From positions 1 through 64,000 of the IMG/VR virus record IMGVR_UViG_3300033062_001341: 64,000 bases of DNA; one strand, written 5' to 3'. The notes under the pieces are model-generated. The model was not told where the DNA came from. It did not search any database and saw nothing but the letters and a program-made list of their open reading frames with translations. The stretch comes from a virus (Duplodnaviria; Caudoviricetes). Shown in pieces: positions 31,601-41,389 of this stretch. Both the position numbers and the translations under genes were made by a program. How positions within the stretch are numbered: the first letter of the stretch is position 1; every line of letters starts with the position of its first letter.

Positions 31601-34600
31601 AGACTAATATTACCCCCCAATGTTGGTAACGTTCCTTTTTGATAAACCCCGAAGTTAATTGGGTCTATAACGTCATTAATGAATGAGTTGAAAACTCTTC
31701 TATTATAATTTCCAGGATTACCGTATCTCAAAAGGACATCATACTCCATAAAACTTTTTATGTTAGATGCAAACACTTGTGCTTGAGTCGCCGCTGTGTC
31801 TTTAAAATATTGTTCTTCTGTTCCCCCGTTTTGAGCTGGTACTGTCATCAAAGTTCTCATCAACGCTTGGAAATTCTTAAAGTTGGCATTGGTATCTATT
31901 GGTGATTGTCCAAGACCTACAATACTTAAAGCTCCGTTTAAAGTGTTGTTCGGTTTACAGAAACTTAAAAACTCTTGTTCAAACTGATTTAAAATTGACT
32001 TATCGAACACAGAAAAAATTTCTTCTATCTTAGTGTAAGTATCACCTGAAAGAAGCGTCATTGGTGATTGATTCGAAGATAATGTTTCATTTAAAGATAG
32101 TGGATTAATATAATTCATATAAGAATCCGGCTTTGGTTTAACGATTGTTGTCGAATCGAAATACCCATAGTTAGGTGCTGCCCATAGTGTTCTGACACTT
32201 CCGTTATACATTGATTGGTTACTACTTAAATTAACAACAGTCTTATTGTTACTAATACATTGTGCCGCTGTCTGATTGAGTACGGTACCAAAAGAAGGTA
32301 CAACATAATATTCCAATCCAACTGTATTATTAGCGGGAACACAAACATCCGCCGTTTTCGTTGAGTTATCTATTAAGTCAGGTATCATAACACTAAAAGG
32401 CTTAACATCAACGTATCTATCTCCTTGAAGAACCGAGTTTATGTTCGATTCTTTAATTGAGAATAACTTCATCCCTCTATTTAAACTTCTTTGAATTTCT
32501 TCGTTTGTATAGTTTTGATATAAATCATATCCATTGTAGAAGTAGTTGAAATCATTAACAACTTTAGGATAGAATCCATTTTGTATTGTAATTCGGGTTG
32601 TTGTTTCGCTTTGAAGAACAATTTTTTCTGTTCTAATTTGTCCATCAACACCTTTCACTTGATAACTATATTCATGAGCGACTGAACCTCCTATTGGGTC
32701 GTAGTTGGTAATATAATTAAAGTTTGTCCACGCGGTATCTAATATATCAACACCTGTTTCTGTATATCTTTTATATCTATGCCAAATAGAACCCATCTTC
32801 AATATCCAAGCGTAGGGCACCTTATGCAGTGCTCCAAATTTTTTGAATACCGACGCCATATAGTCCAAGTCAGTAGTCTTACCATTCTCATATGTCTTAT
32901 ATCTTTCTCTTAATGAAATTAGTGGTAAAGAATTAATAAACAGATAAGCTCCTTGAACATACGGATATAGGTCACTTCTTCTTTGATTATAAACACCATT
33001 TTGAATTGCATTTACAAAAAATGGTGTATTAATAATTGATGTTGTTGTTTGGGCTGTAAAAGTCGATACTGGTGATGGAAAATAACAATATCCCTCAGTT
33101 GGGTAAAATTCGTCTTGTCCTCTAAAACTATAAAAGAAACTTAACGTATTATTTGATAATCCATCTGAAGGGTTAGAAACTTTCAAATATGAAAAGTTTG
33201 TTACTGGTCTGTTAACACTATAATTTGTTATATCATTGAAATTAGCAATAACATTATTATCCGAAAAAACTTTATATGTTTTATTTGTATTATAAACTAA
33301 ATCATTAGTATTTTTAGGTGAAGTATCCATATTACGTAAACACCATGTAGGGTCAGTAAATGGATACGTATCTAATAACATTGGAGTGTTATACGCCCCC
33401 TTAACAATCTCAGTTAAAGCCTTTGGGTCTGGTGCGGCTACTGGTATTTTTCCTGTATTATTTACATCCAAAATAGAGAATGAAGTTTCAGTAATCGCCT
33501 TAAGATATGGTGTGATGTAGAAATCTCTTATGAAGTCTTGATATGCTCTACCAGTTCCTTGGTTGGAAATTGTTTGTAATGTGGTTTGGAAATTTGAGGC
33601 ATTAATATCTAAGTTCTTTAACTTTACAGTCAAATACGGAGAACTTCCTCCTAAACTTTTAACAATATTTGATGACTCACAAAGTGTGTTATATTTTTGA
33701 AACACGTCCGTACCGTTGTTATTCCCTAATAGTCTTACATAATTTGAATAAAACGCCGTAATATATTGTCTCTCCCAAATTTCATAGAAGAATTTAATCT
33801 CTTCCTTATTAAGATATGCTATACCCTCATTTGGAAATTCAATCGCATTAACGTTAGTTATTATTGTTTTGTTTTCCGCACCTATTGACGGTTGGCTAAG
33901 AGGATTTTGAAATTTTTGAGTTAGTCCTCTCATATATTCTTCAACGAACTCAACCTCAGGCCATTTATCATACAGATAACCTTTAGTCAGATTAACCACA
34001 GAAGGGTCTGCAAGATACTTCAATTGGAATCTACCCTTTTTATCTTCAGGGGTTTCCACAAAAAATTGAGGCCAAGGATAAACGGGAATTTGAGAGGTAG
34101 ATAAACCTTGATTTGATTGCTGTGCAGACGTTGATATCTTAACAACCTGTACAGTATCTGAGCCAGGTGCAGATGATGGATTGTCTAATATCGCTGCCTT
34201 TCTAATTGGGTCGTATTTTACATTCCATGCATTAGTATGAACATCATCCATCAATCTAATAAACGCCTCAGCAGATGCCATAAGTACAGCAATAACATTT
34301 CTCACTGTAGGTTTAAAACCTAATCCTGTTGCCTTATCTTCGATTTTTCTTGCTAAGTCAGCAGACAATAGTGTTTCCGCCTCCGATAATTTAGCATTAG
34401 CTTGTGTCTCCATGTTGGCAATATTCTTGTCAAACTTTTTGTCACCTTCAAATATAATAAATTGTGGGAAAACAATATTTGTGAACGAAGTAAGAGTTGC
34501 ATTTTTTTCGACCTCGAATGCCGGTTTTAACTGCTTAAGTAGTTTTGTTACAACGTTCAACTTATCCTGTTCTGTTGGCAAAACAATACCTGTTTGACTT

Positions 34601-35997
34601 CTTACTGTGTCAGTTAATTCAATATCGGCATAATTTACATCTTTAAAAAAATCATCATATTTTATTGGGTTTGTTATTGGTGATGAGCCGGTTTTACCTA
34701 ATGTTGGATTTTCCGCTAATGCAATATTATATCTTGCAACTAAATCAGAAAGTTTTGATTTTGCCTCTGCCTTTCCAGCCTCATCTATGTTTGCTTTGAA
34801 CGCATAAACATTTTGTCCACCCCTCAAAACTATTGGTCTTATTTCACAATATGTGTTAAACCACGATGTTTCAGAACCCCTCACATTTGCAAAATAATCA
34901 GTAAGTTTTTGTTTATACGTTCTAATATTAGTCAAAGGCTCAACATTTGATTTCTTATACGAGTTAACAATCGCTTGTTCAAAGTTCGCAAGTTTGTTCA
35001 TTAATTGTTGAACCGTCAATTCAGGAAAATCAGGAGCAACTAATCCTTTGGCTTTGTACTCGCTATAAATCTCAACAACTTTTTGATATCCTCTTTCCGC
35101 AACTATTTCTGTTGTCACGTTGTTTGTGCTTGTCGTTCCAATACCAGTTCTTCCTGCCTCTGTAGCCGAAGCTTTTATATCATTTGAGTTTTGGGATTGT
35201 GTCGGAGATTGTGTTATTTGAAATCTTTGAGAGTACATGTGAGGTGCAGCCAATAAATGACCGAATGCAATCTCATTCAATATATTAAATTTGTATCCCT
35301 TGAAGTTCAACGTTACTTGATAGTTTCCACTAAACGAGTTGAATCTAGCATTGAATGTGTAAAGATTTAATTGATATCTTATTGCCTGACCATAATACCC
35401 TTTCAAGGTTAAATAGAATGGACAATATGGTAAGTTAAAAAACGCAGCGTAAGGTGAATTATTACCAAGTTCAAATAACGCCTTTCCTTGAATGTCCTCA
35501 AGCTCGATGTCAACACTTGGGATAAATGATGTACCTGTTCTAATGTTAATACTTGTAATACCCAATAAACCTGTATCAATAACATTGGTTTCGTCCGCAA
35601 CACTATTTCTTATGTATGGTTTTTCACCATTTCCAAAATTAATAACACTTTCTTTAGGTTGATTTACAGCTTGAAATTTTGTAGAATTTTCTCCCGTTAA
35701 CTCATCATAATAACCTGTACCTAAAGAATTATTTTTAGTCGGTTTAAGAAAATTAATTTTTGCAACAGATATTGTTCTGATTCTATCTTCAGGACTTCCT
35801 CCCACTGATAATTTTGTTCTTGGAATAATCTCGGCTTCAAGATTTGCATACATAACCAAATTCTCGTGGTCTACAAGTCTTTCTCGGATTTTACCCATAT
35901 TATCAATAGTCTTATTTGGGTCAACCACAATAAGATTATTATAATCGAAATCCACTAATATATTCCCGCTGTTATCAGCTTGTAGGTTACCTGCCAT
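28609..35997 (-). CDS. Giant baseplate hub protein (gp27/gpD/VgrG-like) with GTS collagen-like linker and IPT/TIG domain, 2462 aa
   Basis: CTVQCLGNALLQPTMYFNL...GPYMITDVSHAISPGGFETTLTGVR (about 30330-30490) is a hub/late-control-D C-terminal signature. PPSITSFTP...ILTIKGKQLDSVTEVTFNG is IPT/TIG-like. It follows the LysM/gp53-like gene as in contractile tails. Confidence 0.65.
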   Translation of the reverse strand: MAGNLQADNSGNILVDFDYNNLIVVDPNKTIDNMGKIRERLVDHENLVMYANLEAEIIPRTKLSVGGSPEDRIRTISVAKINFLKPTKNNSLGTGYYDELTGENSTKFQAVNQPKESVINFGNGEKPYIRNSVADETNVIDTGLLGITSINIRTGTSFIPSVDIELEDIQGKALFELGNNSPYAAFFNLPYCPFYLTLKGYYGQAIRYQLNLYTFNARFNSFSGNYQVTLNFKGYKFNILNEIAFGHLLAAPHMYSQRFQITQSPTQSQNSNDIKASATEAGRTGIGTTSTNNVTTEIVAERGYQKVVEIYSEYKAKGLVAPDFPELTVQQLMNKLANFEQAIVNSYKKSNVEPLTNIRTYKQKLTDYFANVRGSETSWFNTYCEIRPIVLRGGQNVYAFKANIDEAGKAEAKSKLSDLVARYNIALAENPTLGKTGSSPITNPIKYDDFFKDVNYADIELTDTVRSQTGIVLPTEQDKLNVVTKLLKQLKPAFEVEKNATLTSFTNIVFPQFIIFEGDKKFDKNIANMETQANAKLSEAETLLSADLARKIEDKATGLGFKPTVRNVIAVLMASAEAFIRLMDDVHTNAWNVKYDPIRKAAILDNPSSAPGSDTVQVVKISTSAQQSNQGLSTSQIPVYPWPQFFVETPEDKKGRFQLKYLADPSVVNLTKGYLYDKWPEVEFVEEYMRGLTQKFQNPLSQPSIGAENKTIITNVNAIEFPNEGIAYLNKEEIKFFYEIWERQYITAFYSNYVRLLGNNNGTDVFQKYNTLCESSNIVKSLGGSSPYLTVKLKNLDINASNFQTTLQTISNQGTGRAYQDFIRDFYITPYLKAITETSFSILDVNNTGKIPVAAPDPKALTEIVKGAYNTPMLLDTYPFTDPTWCLRNMDTSPKNTNDLVYNTNKTYKVFSDNNVIANFNDITNYSVNRPVTNFSYLKVSNPSDGLSNNTLSFFYSFRGQDEFYPTEGYCYFPSPVSTFTAQTTTSIINTPFFVNAIQNGVYNQRRSDLYPYVQGAYLFINSLPLISLRERYKTYENGKTTDLDYMASVFKKFGALHKVPYAWILKMGSIWHRYKRYTETGVDILDTAWTNFNYITNYDPIGGSVAHEYSYQVKGVDGQIRTEKIVLQSETTTRITIQNGFYPKVVNDFNYFYNGYDLYQNYTNEEIQRSLNRGMKLFSIKESNINSVLQGDRYVDVKPFSVMIPDLIDNSTKTADVCVPANNTVGLEYYVVPSFGTVLNQTAAQCISNNKTVVNLSSNQSMYNGSVRTLWAAPNYGYFDSTTIVKPKPDSYMNYINPLSLNETLSSNQSPMTLLSGDTYTKIEEIFSVFDKSILNQFEQEFLSFCKPNNTLNGALSIVGLGQSPIDTNANFKNFQALMRTLMTVPAQNGGTEEQYFKDTAATQAQVFASNIKSFMEYDVLLRYGNPGNYNRRVFNSFINDVIDPINFGVYQKGTLPTLGGNISLAQSQASYSTQWAALKTEVGFSTIENLIYTDRGSYITDFFVDNNVAFTVQNITLLSQLIKIYATRKLLDPSITSTSFKNQITEFISNGSNLQSLIINDTMSSVRAKLPEQSQLPEKVIQSVIDGQQSKVENYEMFKALNDKWIAGGDYKTKTLFEDMLFLDRASRNIGDTVIIDIFDLQNVLNQNAYTESMSVFTLISGILIKNNFNVMPLPAYVNFYNVQDVTGVNFTKSEGSLQFANNMWGTFLNVDYRDSGPKMICFYVGKPSEYLNLPKGNFRFRDDSFEMRRASENPLIENMQNKKDYGLSNRCVGFNVEIGIRNQNVFYSFQVSQEAGKATSESINTELNMINQANGRNVATQNVSLYNLYKQRSYKCTVQCLGNALLQPTMYFNLQHVPMFNGPYMITDVSHAISPGGFETTLTGVRQGMFDLPAIDTFLQSINQNLLTKIEQAVLNKKDEPPNPAIASTDINKAAKVVQEAAAKTAEQNSCTAKLNPIYSEQGWVTDVAQTTSLDAKAFKDAIVSKTTNGILQTIIYCICYVRTNQPGPKTSTFVGVNNNFASVTLDLDYGNNNVYFTQAQKKYVCLDVAKTNSTTKTSTNILPIANFENVGRFIDFMISKLQPNIKRITQLGLIKYYVCYWPISNLTEQYYDTNKDKEFKTVQETFEKAIKSANSLGLPDLDGANGSSGTSGTSGTSGTSGTAGTSGTSGTSGTSGTSSTAGTSGTSGTSGTSACLPPSITSFTPTLGGENTILTIKGKQLDSVTEVTFNGNVKVIKGLIKSKDGTQIIVTVPKVTINTTQGIEVSVKGQFGNATSSGKFTYDPATTNTLGSAIPKNTTNVSQQDQTKIANDESSTFNDGQTGPKVLLETITTLPTGTMVNIKANVNTDNQVGTWTINESVNIQLQLFGYEIGANNSIKKVLIGEAGFTKTGYVLNRGQLFSISSLDIDDIIENSGEFTKEEIQKTKEILGGVFLTTIPTDKNKKQINTSYKFKILKT
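29407..29559 (-). repeat. (GTS)n collagen-like repeat with 54-bp internal duplication
   Basis: About 17 G-X-Y triplets with one STA interruption; an identical 38-nt block at 29453-29490 and 29507-29544. Confidence 0.9.
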
Positions 35998-36310
35998 AAT
36001 AATAAAAATAATTTTCTAACGCACCTTTATAGTCCTGTAATGAAGCTATAAGCGGAAATGGAATAATCAATACTGCACCGTCATAAATATTATTTTCTAA
36101 TCCACCAAATTCAGGATTTGCTTGTAATATTAACCAACTAAAGTATGGAGCATTATAAAATTCTTGAGAAACTTTATCCAACCTACTTCTACCTACTTTA
36201 TAAATAAAAGTTTGGTCTGTTGGTTTTGATGGTATATTAACAAAAGGCACAACAGTTTGTTCACCATTGATGATGAATTCACTGTATCGATTATAATATG
36301 AATATGCCAT
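35987..36310 (-). CDS. LysM-like baseplate protein (T4 gp53 / P2 gpX-like)
   Basis: YKVGRSRLDKVSQEFYNAPYFSWLILQANP...GAVLIIP is the typical tail-X/LysM pattern. Confidence 0.8.
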   Translation of the reverse strand: MAYSYYNRYSEFIINGEQTVVPFVNIPSKPTDQTFIYKVGRSRLDKVSQEFYNAPYFSWLILQANPEFGGLENNIYDGAVLIIPFPLIASLQDYKGALENYFYYYGR

Positions 36311-39300
36311 TAGTTAAGTTTTAATTTTGCTACGTATACTTGGGCTTCTTTATCTTGATTATTCCAACTTATTTTGTTTGTGTTTGCTAAAACTCTACCC
36401 AAACCATTAATCAAATCTTTCTGACCAGCAATTGGAGATATTGATTTCTCGTAAGTAAACTCTCTTGTTTTTGATGGGAATGGAGTGTACTTAATAAAAT
36501 CTTTTAATATACCTTTTTCCATATTATCAATAAACGCATTAGTTATTGCATTTTCTTCAGTGAACTTAGGTTTTGCAATTTGTAACCAATAACCATCAAA
36601 CTGTGCTTCAACATCCATACTTCCACTACCAATTATATCTGTGTTCTTAATTATATTACCAATTATCGCATTCTTAAAGGTTTGATATCTTTTATCATCA
36701 GTTATTTCAGGTGATAAAATCATATACATTCTTTTAAATGATTTGAATCTAAAATCTTCATCCAAACTAAATGGTATGAATACATTTGGTTTCAAGTACT
36801 TATCATAAGTTGTTTGTTCTCCATCATCACCATATAATAGTTTTCCTTTATATGTTTTAGGTCCATAAGTGACACTATTTTCTTTAATCACCGCAATATA
36901 ATACGCTGTGATTCCTTCACCAATTTTTTTTATGTCTTTTTCTAATTCTATAAACGTATTGGCAGCCTCTTCGGTTTTATAAACTTTTGTGGTTCCTTGA
37001 ATATCGTAAATTTTAATATTACCATTCTTTTCTTGTAATCCGTCAGTTCCTTTATCTGTTGAAATTCCAAAAGGTAAAACATTAGCCCTTGTTAAATATT
37101 GAATATATGTCTGTTGTTGATTAGTAATATCTTGAGTTAGTGTTGACACCGCATTTTGATAACTACCTTTTTTACCTACAACAAAATTTTTCATGTTCAT
37201 TTTTAGTTGTCTAATAACTTTTGGACTGAATCCTTTACTAGTTGATGACATAAAATTGATGAATCTGTCTTGGGTTGTTTTATCGTCACTCTCGATATCC
37301 GCAACATAATCTTTGAACACGTTATCAATTCTTGTTTGAATGTTCGCTGGTTTGCCAATAATCAAAACATCTTTAGCTGTATCTGCCAACAATTTTCCAT
37401 TAACATAATTTCTCTCACAAGTCCAGTTTTGTAACATAGCATTATTATATTGCCTTACACATTCTTTACTCTTATTTACAAATGTTTGGAAATAAGTTTG
37501 TGTTTGTGCAACAAAACCATCCATATATTTTTTGTAGTTAATAGTACCAGTTTCTGCTTGGTCAGTAATTGAATTTGATGTTACTTCTCCAATCGTGCTT
37601 TCGTTTGTTTGTGGGTTGTTGTCTTGTGTTTGATTGACTGTTGGTGCTGGTGGTTGTGCCCCAATAGATTTTAAGAAATCTTTATCAATTACTTTGTAAC
37701 TGTCATCGGTAACATCCGCTCTTTCATCATACATTTCTGTATTAGCATAATAATTGAATGTCAATGCGTTTTGTAATTTATCAACAGATTCTTTTAACCC
37801 GCTACCTCCCACAAAATTAAAACCCATAGTTACATTGGCAATCATTGGTTGAATACCTATACCTTCTGGATTAATATCTAACTCCTCATAAGTGAGCGCC
37901 AATGATGTTGGAATAATTTTAGTGTTATAAAAATCACCAACTCTTAACACTAAAACAGGCGGTGCACCAAAGGCTGTATTGACTGCGTTATTATATTGAA
38001 GTTCGTTCGTTTGACCAACTGTTTTGATTGTAGGAATTGTATCGCCAGGTCTCATACATTGTTGAAGAAATGTTAATCTTGTGTTTAATCCTTCAGGTGT
38101 CATCGAATGAAACGCTGGTTGGAAAAACTTTAATTTCTCTTTTAGATTATCATAAACCATCGGGGTTTCTTCTTTGATAGTCTCGAAGTAATTACATTCC
38201 GATAATAAAGACCTTAACACTCTTTTGGTAATATTATCTCTTTCAACCCATGATTCTTCAACTGTTTGAACTGTTGTTGTTACGGGTGTTACTGTACCTA
38301 CAAGAACATCTTGTGTAGTACCAGCTTGTGTTTGTTGTGTGAATGCTACTGGTTGTTGTGCCGATGTTTGTGTTAAAGTTGATTTAATACTCGAAATAAA
38401 GGCTCTTCTACACGCCATAGCGTTTGTTGTGTATATCTCACGTGACGCCTTAGTGTCACCACCTTTAGCTTGTGGGTCGTTATCAGTACAACTCACAGGG
38501 GGAAGACTAGTGAAATTTTTTGACTGTGCATCGTATTGTAAAACACTCGATTCTTCACCTAAATTTTTACCAGCTAGAACCAACAATTTTTTGTTAAAAT
38601 AATATTGTGCAGTATTGAAGTCGGTTGCAAAAAATTGTATCGCAGCATTAATTCTTCTTGTTGCTAATTGTTTATTATACGCACTTGTTGCTGGTGCAGA
38701 ACAACTAGCATCAATAACAATTGTAATAGTTCCATCACTATCTTTATTATTTTCAATTTCTTTTTTTATTAATACACAAAGTTTTTTAATTTCATCGTAG
38801 TTAGGTGTAACCACCGAGTCAAAAAATGATTTGGTAACACCAGCAGTACTTTGTTTTGTATAATTACCACTCAATACGTTTGTACTATACGCAGCGTATT
38901 CTGAAACATAGTTGGCGACATTTTCTTTTTCTTTAGGTATATCGTTATCAAAATAAAAAGCTTTATTAGTAAATCCTTCGAAAGGGTTTGTTGGATTACT
39001 TGGTGCAACAGGTTGTGTGCCAGGTGTTGAATCGTTTCCTGTTTGAACTGTTTTTATTGCATACGTCAATTGTTCCTTTGTCAACTCTTTCGAAGAAATT
39101 GCCTGTTGTAATTGATATAAATCATTCGGATTGATTGTATAATACTTCTTAGCTAATTCATATAAGTCATAAGTTCTACATCCCGCAAAGAATGAATCAA
39201 TGATACTGTCAATTCTTGTCTTATTTGATTCGTTCTTTAATACTTTATCAACGATAACATTTAATACAGATGGATGGTCAACAACTATTTTCCAAGTAAG

Positions 39301-41340
39301 ACTACCAGTTCGATTTGTATTAGTGTATGTGTATATTGGTTCAGGTCTTCCAAGGAAATCATTACCTTTCCAGTTAGCGGACACGTTTTCACTAAAGGTT
39401 AAACCATAAGGTGGGAACCACATTACTCTACCTCCATTTGGACCTCTCTCACAAACCGCTAAGTCTGCGACAGAGAAACCTGGTGTATTCGAAGTTCTCC
39501 AAGCCAAATTCTCAATTGAGAACATATATTTCTTAGCATAGGCATCGTTAACAGTACCAATCAAGTTGGTCGAATCTTGGCCACCTTCTTGTTTGTTAGG
39601 ATAGATATTTAAATTCCAAGTCTTATCCATAACCGAATAAGCAAATCTCCTACCATTCGTTGTCATACCATTTCTTTTCTGCAAATCATTATATTGCAAA
39701 TAAGGAACATCCTTAGCAAAAATACGACAATATTCGGTTCCTACTTCCTGTCCAATCGCACCAACATAGGTTAACACTTTAGAACCCTTTGTAATCTCTT
39801 TGTAACCGTCATGGAAGACCTTACTCACTTGGTCGATGGCATTACCCACGTGTTGTAGTCTCCTTCCACCTTGAGGTTGGCTGTCAATAATTCTTTGGGT
39901 GTCATCAAGTATTGAACCTTCTCTATATGTTCTATTTGTTGATTCAGTACTGTTATACGATGATGGTTTAAAGTCTTGGTCTTGTGAAGTAATCTCCCCA
40001 CCAATGCCAACTTTAAATCCAGCGTTTCCTTTATACTTCGGAGACACCCAAGTAAATCCTCCTTCGATGCCACCACCGTTACTGTATATTGGTCCGTTAG
40101 CACCAAGTCTTACATCTCTACTTGGTCCTTCATATAACTGAGCCAACTCTTGTGGACCATATACCGGTGACTGTTGTTCTTGACCAAACTGATTAACAGG
40201 AATATCACCACCTGGTGAAAATACCCTTGATGGGTCAGATGTTATGGAACCTACGTAGAAGTTACTATTGTTTGTTGTAGAACCAACAAGAGCACCGGCA
40301 GCTCTATCAAATAGGGTTCTATCATAACTTGGCTTATATTTGTTGAAGTCAATGTTACCAAATAATCTCGACTTTTGACCTCCTCCTGTGTTGTTCAGGA
40401 ATAACTGTGAACCTGAATTGCCACCCAACAATCTACTGAATGACCTACCCACAGATGTTCTACGGAATGCATTACTTAATTGTTGTATTGTTGTCGGTTG
40501 ACCTGAATTAATACTAGCATCAAAGTATGAACCTGGAATTGTAGATGTTGGGATAGTGCTACCCGCAAGTCTTAAAGCAAAGTCTGTTGCGGCAATTAGT
40601 GGATTTGATGGTGCTGTAATGGTATAGTTAGGCTCAATCAAAGGAACTCTACCTGTAACTAAATTCAATACATCAGTACCACTTCTTACATTGAATGCAT
40701 TGGCTCTTCCAACTGTTTGTTGAATAATTCCTGTTGCTATCCTTTCTTGGAAACCCTTTCTTAAGGTGAAAGCTCCCAAACGGGCAAGATAAGAATCTGC
40801 ACTCAATAAACCATTACTACCTTGAGGGTCTGGTGATAATAATATCCCCACAGGTCCATAAGATGATGGGTTGAAGTTTGGGTATGGTTGGTTGTTATAA
40901 TATCTTAAACTGCCGTTGGGGTCAATTGTTTCGAAAGTTTGTATAAAATCACCACTATCATATAGTTGTTCGGCACCACTACCGAAGGCATTAACCTTTC
41001 TCCAATTCTTTGACTCGGGTTCCGCCTCATCAATAATTCTAGCGTCTGCAAAACCATATTCACCTTCGTTTGATTTGGTGTTTAAGTTTGCGTTGGGGTC
41101 TGGTACTTGTTGATATCCACCCTCATTACCATATCTGTTTAATGGGTATAACCTGTTTGCAAACGATGGTTCGTCAATAAGTTGGTCAGGACTGTTTAGT
41201 ACTGATGTATCAGATTGTATGTATTCATAGTTAGTCTCAACCGTAGGTCTATTTGGCGCCTTAGCATAAGGAGTCAAATTTCTCGTGATGAGTTTCTTTC
41301 TAAACGTTTCCGAACTGACTAAATCTAAGGGACTACCCAT
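36310..41340 (-). CDS. Tail tube initiator/baseplate protein (gp48/gp54-like) with inserted OmpA-like domain, 1676 aa
   Basis: LTFSENVSANWKGNDFLGRPEPIYTYTNTNRTGSLTWKI and RVGDFYNTKIIPTSL are tube-initiator-like. FYFDNDIP...IVIDASCSAPATSAYNKQLATRRINAAIQFF...ACRRA (about 38390-38960) is OmpA-like. Lies directly downstream of the tape measure gene. Confidence 0.6.
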   Translation of the reverse strand: MGSPLDLVSSETFRKKLITRNLTPYAKAPNRPTVETNYEYIQSDTSVLNSPDQLIDEPSFANRLYPLNRYGNEGGYQQVPDPNANLNTKSNEGEYGFADARIIDEAEPESKNWRKVNAFGSGAEQLYDSGDFIQTFETIDPNGSLRYYNNQPYPNFNPSSYGPVGILLSPDPQGSNGLLSADSYLARLGAFTLRKGFQERIATGIIQQTVGRANAFNVRSGTDVLNLVTGRVPLIEPNYTITAPSNPLIAATDFALRLAGSTIPTSTIPGSYFDASINSGQPTTIQQLSNAFRRTSVGRSFSRLLGGNSGSQLFLNNTGGGQKSRLFGNIDFNKYKPSYDRTLFDRAAGALVGSTTNNSNFYVGSITSDPSRVFSPGGDIPVNQFGQEQQSPVYGPQELAQLYEGPSRDVRLGANGPIYSNGGGIEGGFTWVSPKYKGNAGFKVGIGGEITSQDQDFKPSSYNSTESTNRTYREGSILDDTQRIIDSQPQGGRRLQHVGNAIDQVSKVFHDGYKEITKGSKVLTYVGAIGQEVGTEYCRIFAKDVPYLQYNDLQKRNGMTTNGRRFAYSVMDKTWNLNIYPNKQEGGQDSTNLIGTVNDAYAKKYMFSIENLAWRTSNTPGFSVADLAVCERGPNGGRVMWFPPYGLTFSENVSANWKGNDFLGRPEPIYTYTNTNRTGSLTWKIVVDHPSVLNVIVDKVLKNESNKTRIDSIIDSFFAGCRTYDLYELAKKYYTINPNDLYQLQQAISSKELTKEQLTYAIKTVQTGNDSTPGTQPVAPSNPTNPFEGFTNKAFYFDNDIPKEKENVANYVSEYAAYSTNVLSGNYTKQSTAGVTKSFFDSVVTPNYDEIKKLCVLIKKEIENNKDSDGTITIVIDASCSAPATSAYNKQLATRRINAAIQFFATDFNTAQYYFNKKLLVLAGKNLGEESSVLQYDAQSKNFTSLPPVSCTDNDPQAKGGDTKASREIYTTNAMACRRAFISSIKSTLTQTSAQQPVAFTQQTQAGTTQDVLVGTVTPVTTTVQTVEESWVERDNITKRVLRSLLSECNYFETIKEETPMVYDNLKEKLKFFQPAFHSMTPEGLNTRLTFLQQCMRPGDTIPTIKTVGQTNELQYNNAVNTAFGAPPVLVLRVGDFYNTKIIPTSLALTYEELDINPEGIGIQPMIANVTMGFNFVGGSGLKESVDKLQNALTFNYYANTEMYDERADVTDDSYKVIDKDFLKSIGAQPPAPTVNQTQDNNPQTNESTIGEVTSNSITDQAETGTINYKKYMDGFVAQTQTYFQTFVNKSKECVRQYNNAMLQNWTCERNYVNGKLLADTAKDVLIIGKPANIQTRIDNVFKDYVADIESDDKTTQDRFINFMSSTSKGFSPKVIRQLKMNMKNFVVGKKGSYQNAVSTLTQDITNQQQTYIQYLTRANVLPFGISTDKGTDGLQEKNGNIKIYDIQGTTKVYKTEEAANTFIELEKDIKKIGEGITAYYIAVIKENSVTYGPKTYKGKLLYGDDGEQTTYDKYLKPNVFIPFSLDEDFRFKSFKRMYMILSPEITDDKRYQTFKNAIIGNIIKNTDIIGSGSMDVEAQFDGYWLQIAKPKFTEENAITNAFIDNMEKGILKDFIKYTPFPSKTREFTYEKSISPIAGQKDLINGLGRVLANTNKISWNNQDKEAQVYVAKLKLN

Positions 41341-41354
41341 TCAATACTTTTATT

Positions 41355-41361
41355 ATAAATA
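41355..41361 (-). promoter_or_regulatory. TATTTAT(A) putative late promoter motif
   Basis: 14 nt upstream of the ATG at 41340. Confidence 0.55.
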
Positions 41362-41389
41362 GGTTAATTGATAATTTTCTGAAGTTGTA

